Positions 63,809 to 64,000 of a DNA stretch of 64,000 nt are shown here, in pieces (the stretch's first letter is position 1; the number at the start of each line of letters is the position of its first letter). This DNA is from Thermodesulfovibrionia bacterium (GTDB lineage: Bacteria; Nitrospirota; Thermodesulfovibrionia; UBA6902), in the NCBI GenBank assembly GCA_020053105.1, contig JAGVNU010000076.1:72005-136004 (forward strand). Reading direction: 5' to 3'. The notes under the pieces were generated by a model, which ran no database searches, was not told the DNA's origin, and worked only from the letters and a program-made list of their open reading frames with translations. The position numbers and the translations under genes were made by a program.

Positions 63809-63852
63809 TTTGTATGGTTTCCATAACAACTTTGTATGGTTTTCCCAACAAC
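63809..63852. repeat. Tandem 22-nt direct repeat (2 copies)
   Basis: TTTGTATGGTTTCCATAACAAC and TTTGTATGGTTTTCCCAACAAC share 19 of 22 positions. Copy 1 contains the palindrome TATGG-N3-CCATA. Confidence 0.55.
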
Positions 63853-63945
63853 AATAAACTTCCCCTCCGCAAGCAGACGGGGTATTAATCCATCCTTTGT
63901 AAGACAAGTTAAAACCACCCTCTCCAACGAAATGCAGACAGACCA

Positions 63946-64000
63946 AAATTTACTTTTTCTTTACAAATATTAACATCACGTTTACAAAGAAACCTGCTAT
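63946..64000 (+). promoter_or_regulatory. 55-nt regulatory module, copy B: four phased TT(T/A)AC direct repeats (runs into window edge)
   Basis: TTTAC (63949), TTTAC (63960), TTAAC (63970) and TTTAC (63981). 49 of 55 nt are identical to the reverse complement of 57237-57291. The regulated gene would lie beyond 64000. Confidence 0.55.

Noticed and set aside
1-64000. Search by eye for CRISPR arrays, tRNA/rRNA genes, integrases and intact IS elements.
   Set aside because: I found no regularly spaced repeats of 25-40 nt, no cloverleaf-like or rRNA-like sequences, and no recombinase ORFs. Only the 19-codon transposase remnant at 32561 was seen. A computational scan (tRNAscan, Infernal, CRISPR finders) would be needed to exclude small RNAs.

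Overview
The 64 kb window is densely coded and about 45% GC by eye. It looks like chromosome from an anaerobic diderm bacterium; the taxon cannot be assigned from sequence alone. I saw no rRNA, tRNA, CRISPR array or intact transposase or integrase.

Gene content, left to right:
- A 5'-truncated giant acyl-CoA-dehydratase-activase-type gene.
- leuCD.
- A set of lipoprotein and small-protein genes.
- A receiver-kinase hybrid and an M48/TPR protease.
- A low-GC islet with a DUF4062/TIR-like gene.
- DtxR-type repressor and AmmeMemoRadiSam-type radical SAM genes, and an NtrC-type sigma-54 activator.
- A complete 11-gene type II secretion operon (gspD-E-F-G-H-I-J-K-L-M-C-like, 16.1-27.3 kb).
- Divergent from that operon, a 1469-aa signal-peptide-bearing Rhs/YD-repeat toxin. 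The 96-aa tip after its DPxGL motif matches the Cys/His-Asp pattern of group XII secreted phospholipase A2. A small 4-TM candidate immunity gene follows.
- A scar zone (32.5-34 kb) with gene fragments: a Y1-transposase N-terminus joined to a hicB N-terminus, an orphan vapB, and a 5'-truncated MFS gene.
- A MurNAc salvage pair (DUF1343/NamZ-like plus a fused MurU-AmgK-like gene).
- A defence island (39.0-43.7 kb): a type IIG restriction-modification enzyme flanked by two different MNT/HEPN toxin-antitoxin pairs.
- Tetrapyrrole genes (hemW-like, AhbD/NirJ-like radical SAM/SPASM, hemE).
- A PAS / PAS-HD-GYP operon behind a sigma-54 promoter, then rlmN, glgP-type phosphorylase and scpB.
- An octaheme HAO-family cytochrome with an adjacent heme-c-sensor two-component system.
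- A Braun-lipoprotein-like gene sandwiched between two L,D-transpeptidase genes.

Non-coding highlights:
- Three exact-spacing sigma-54 (-24/-12) promoter candidates.
- A 55-nt regulatory module with four helically phased TT(T/A)AC repeats, present twice (upstream of hao and at the right window edge).
- A recurring extended -10 box placed 6-8 nt from start codons, which suggests leaderless mRNAs.
- About 24-nt direct repeats flanking the HicB-like/MNT/HEPN cassette.

The best candidate for something new is the T2SS-linked, Sec-signal Rhs toxin with a PLA2G12-like tip and membrane immunity protein. No T6SS, PAAR or VgrG context is visible for it.

All functional calls rest on motifs recognised by eye. 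No database search was run.
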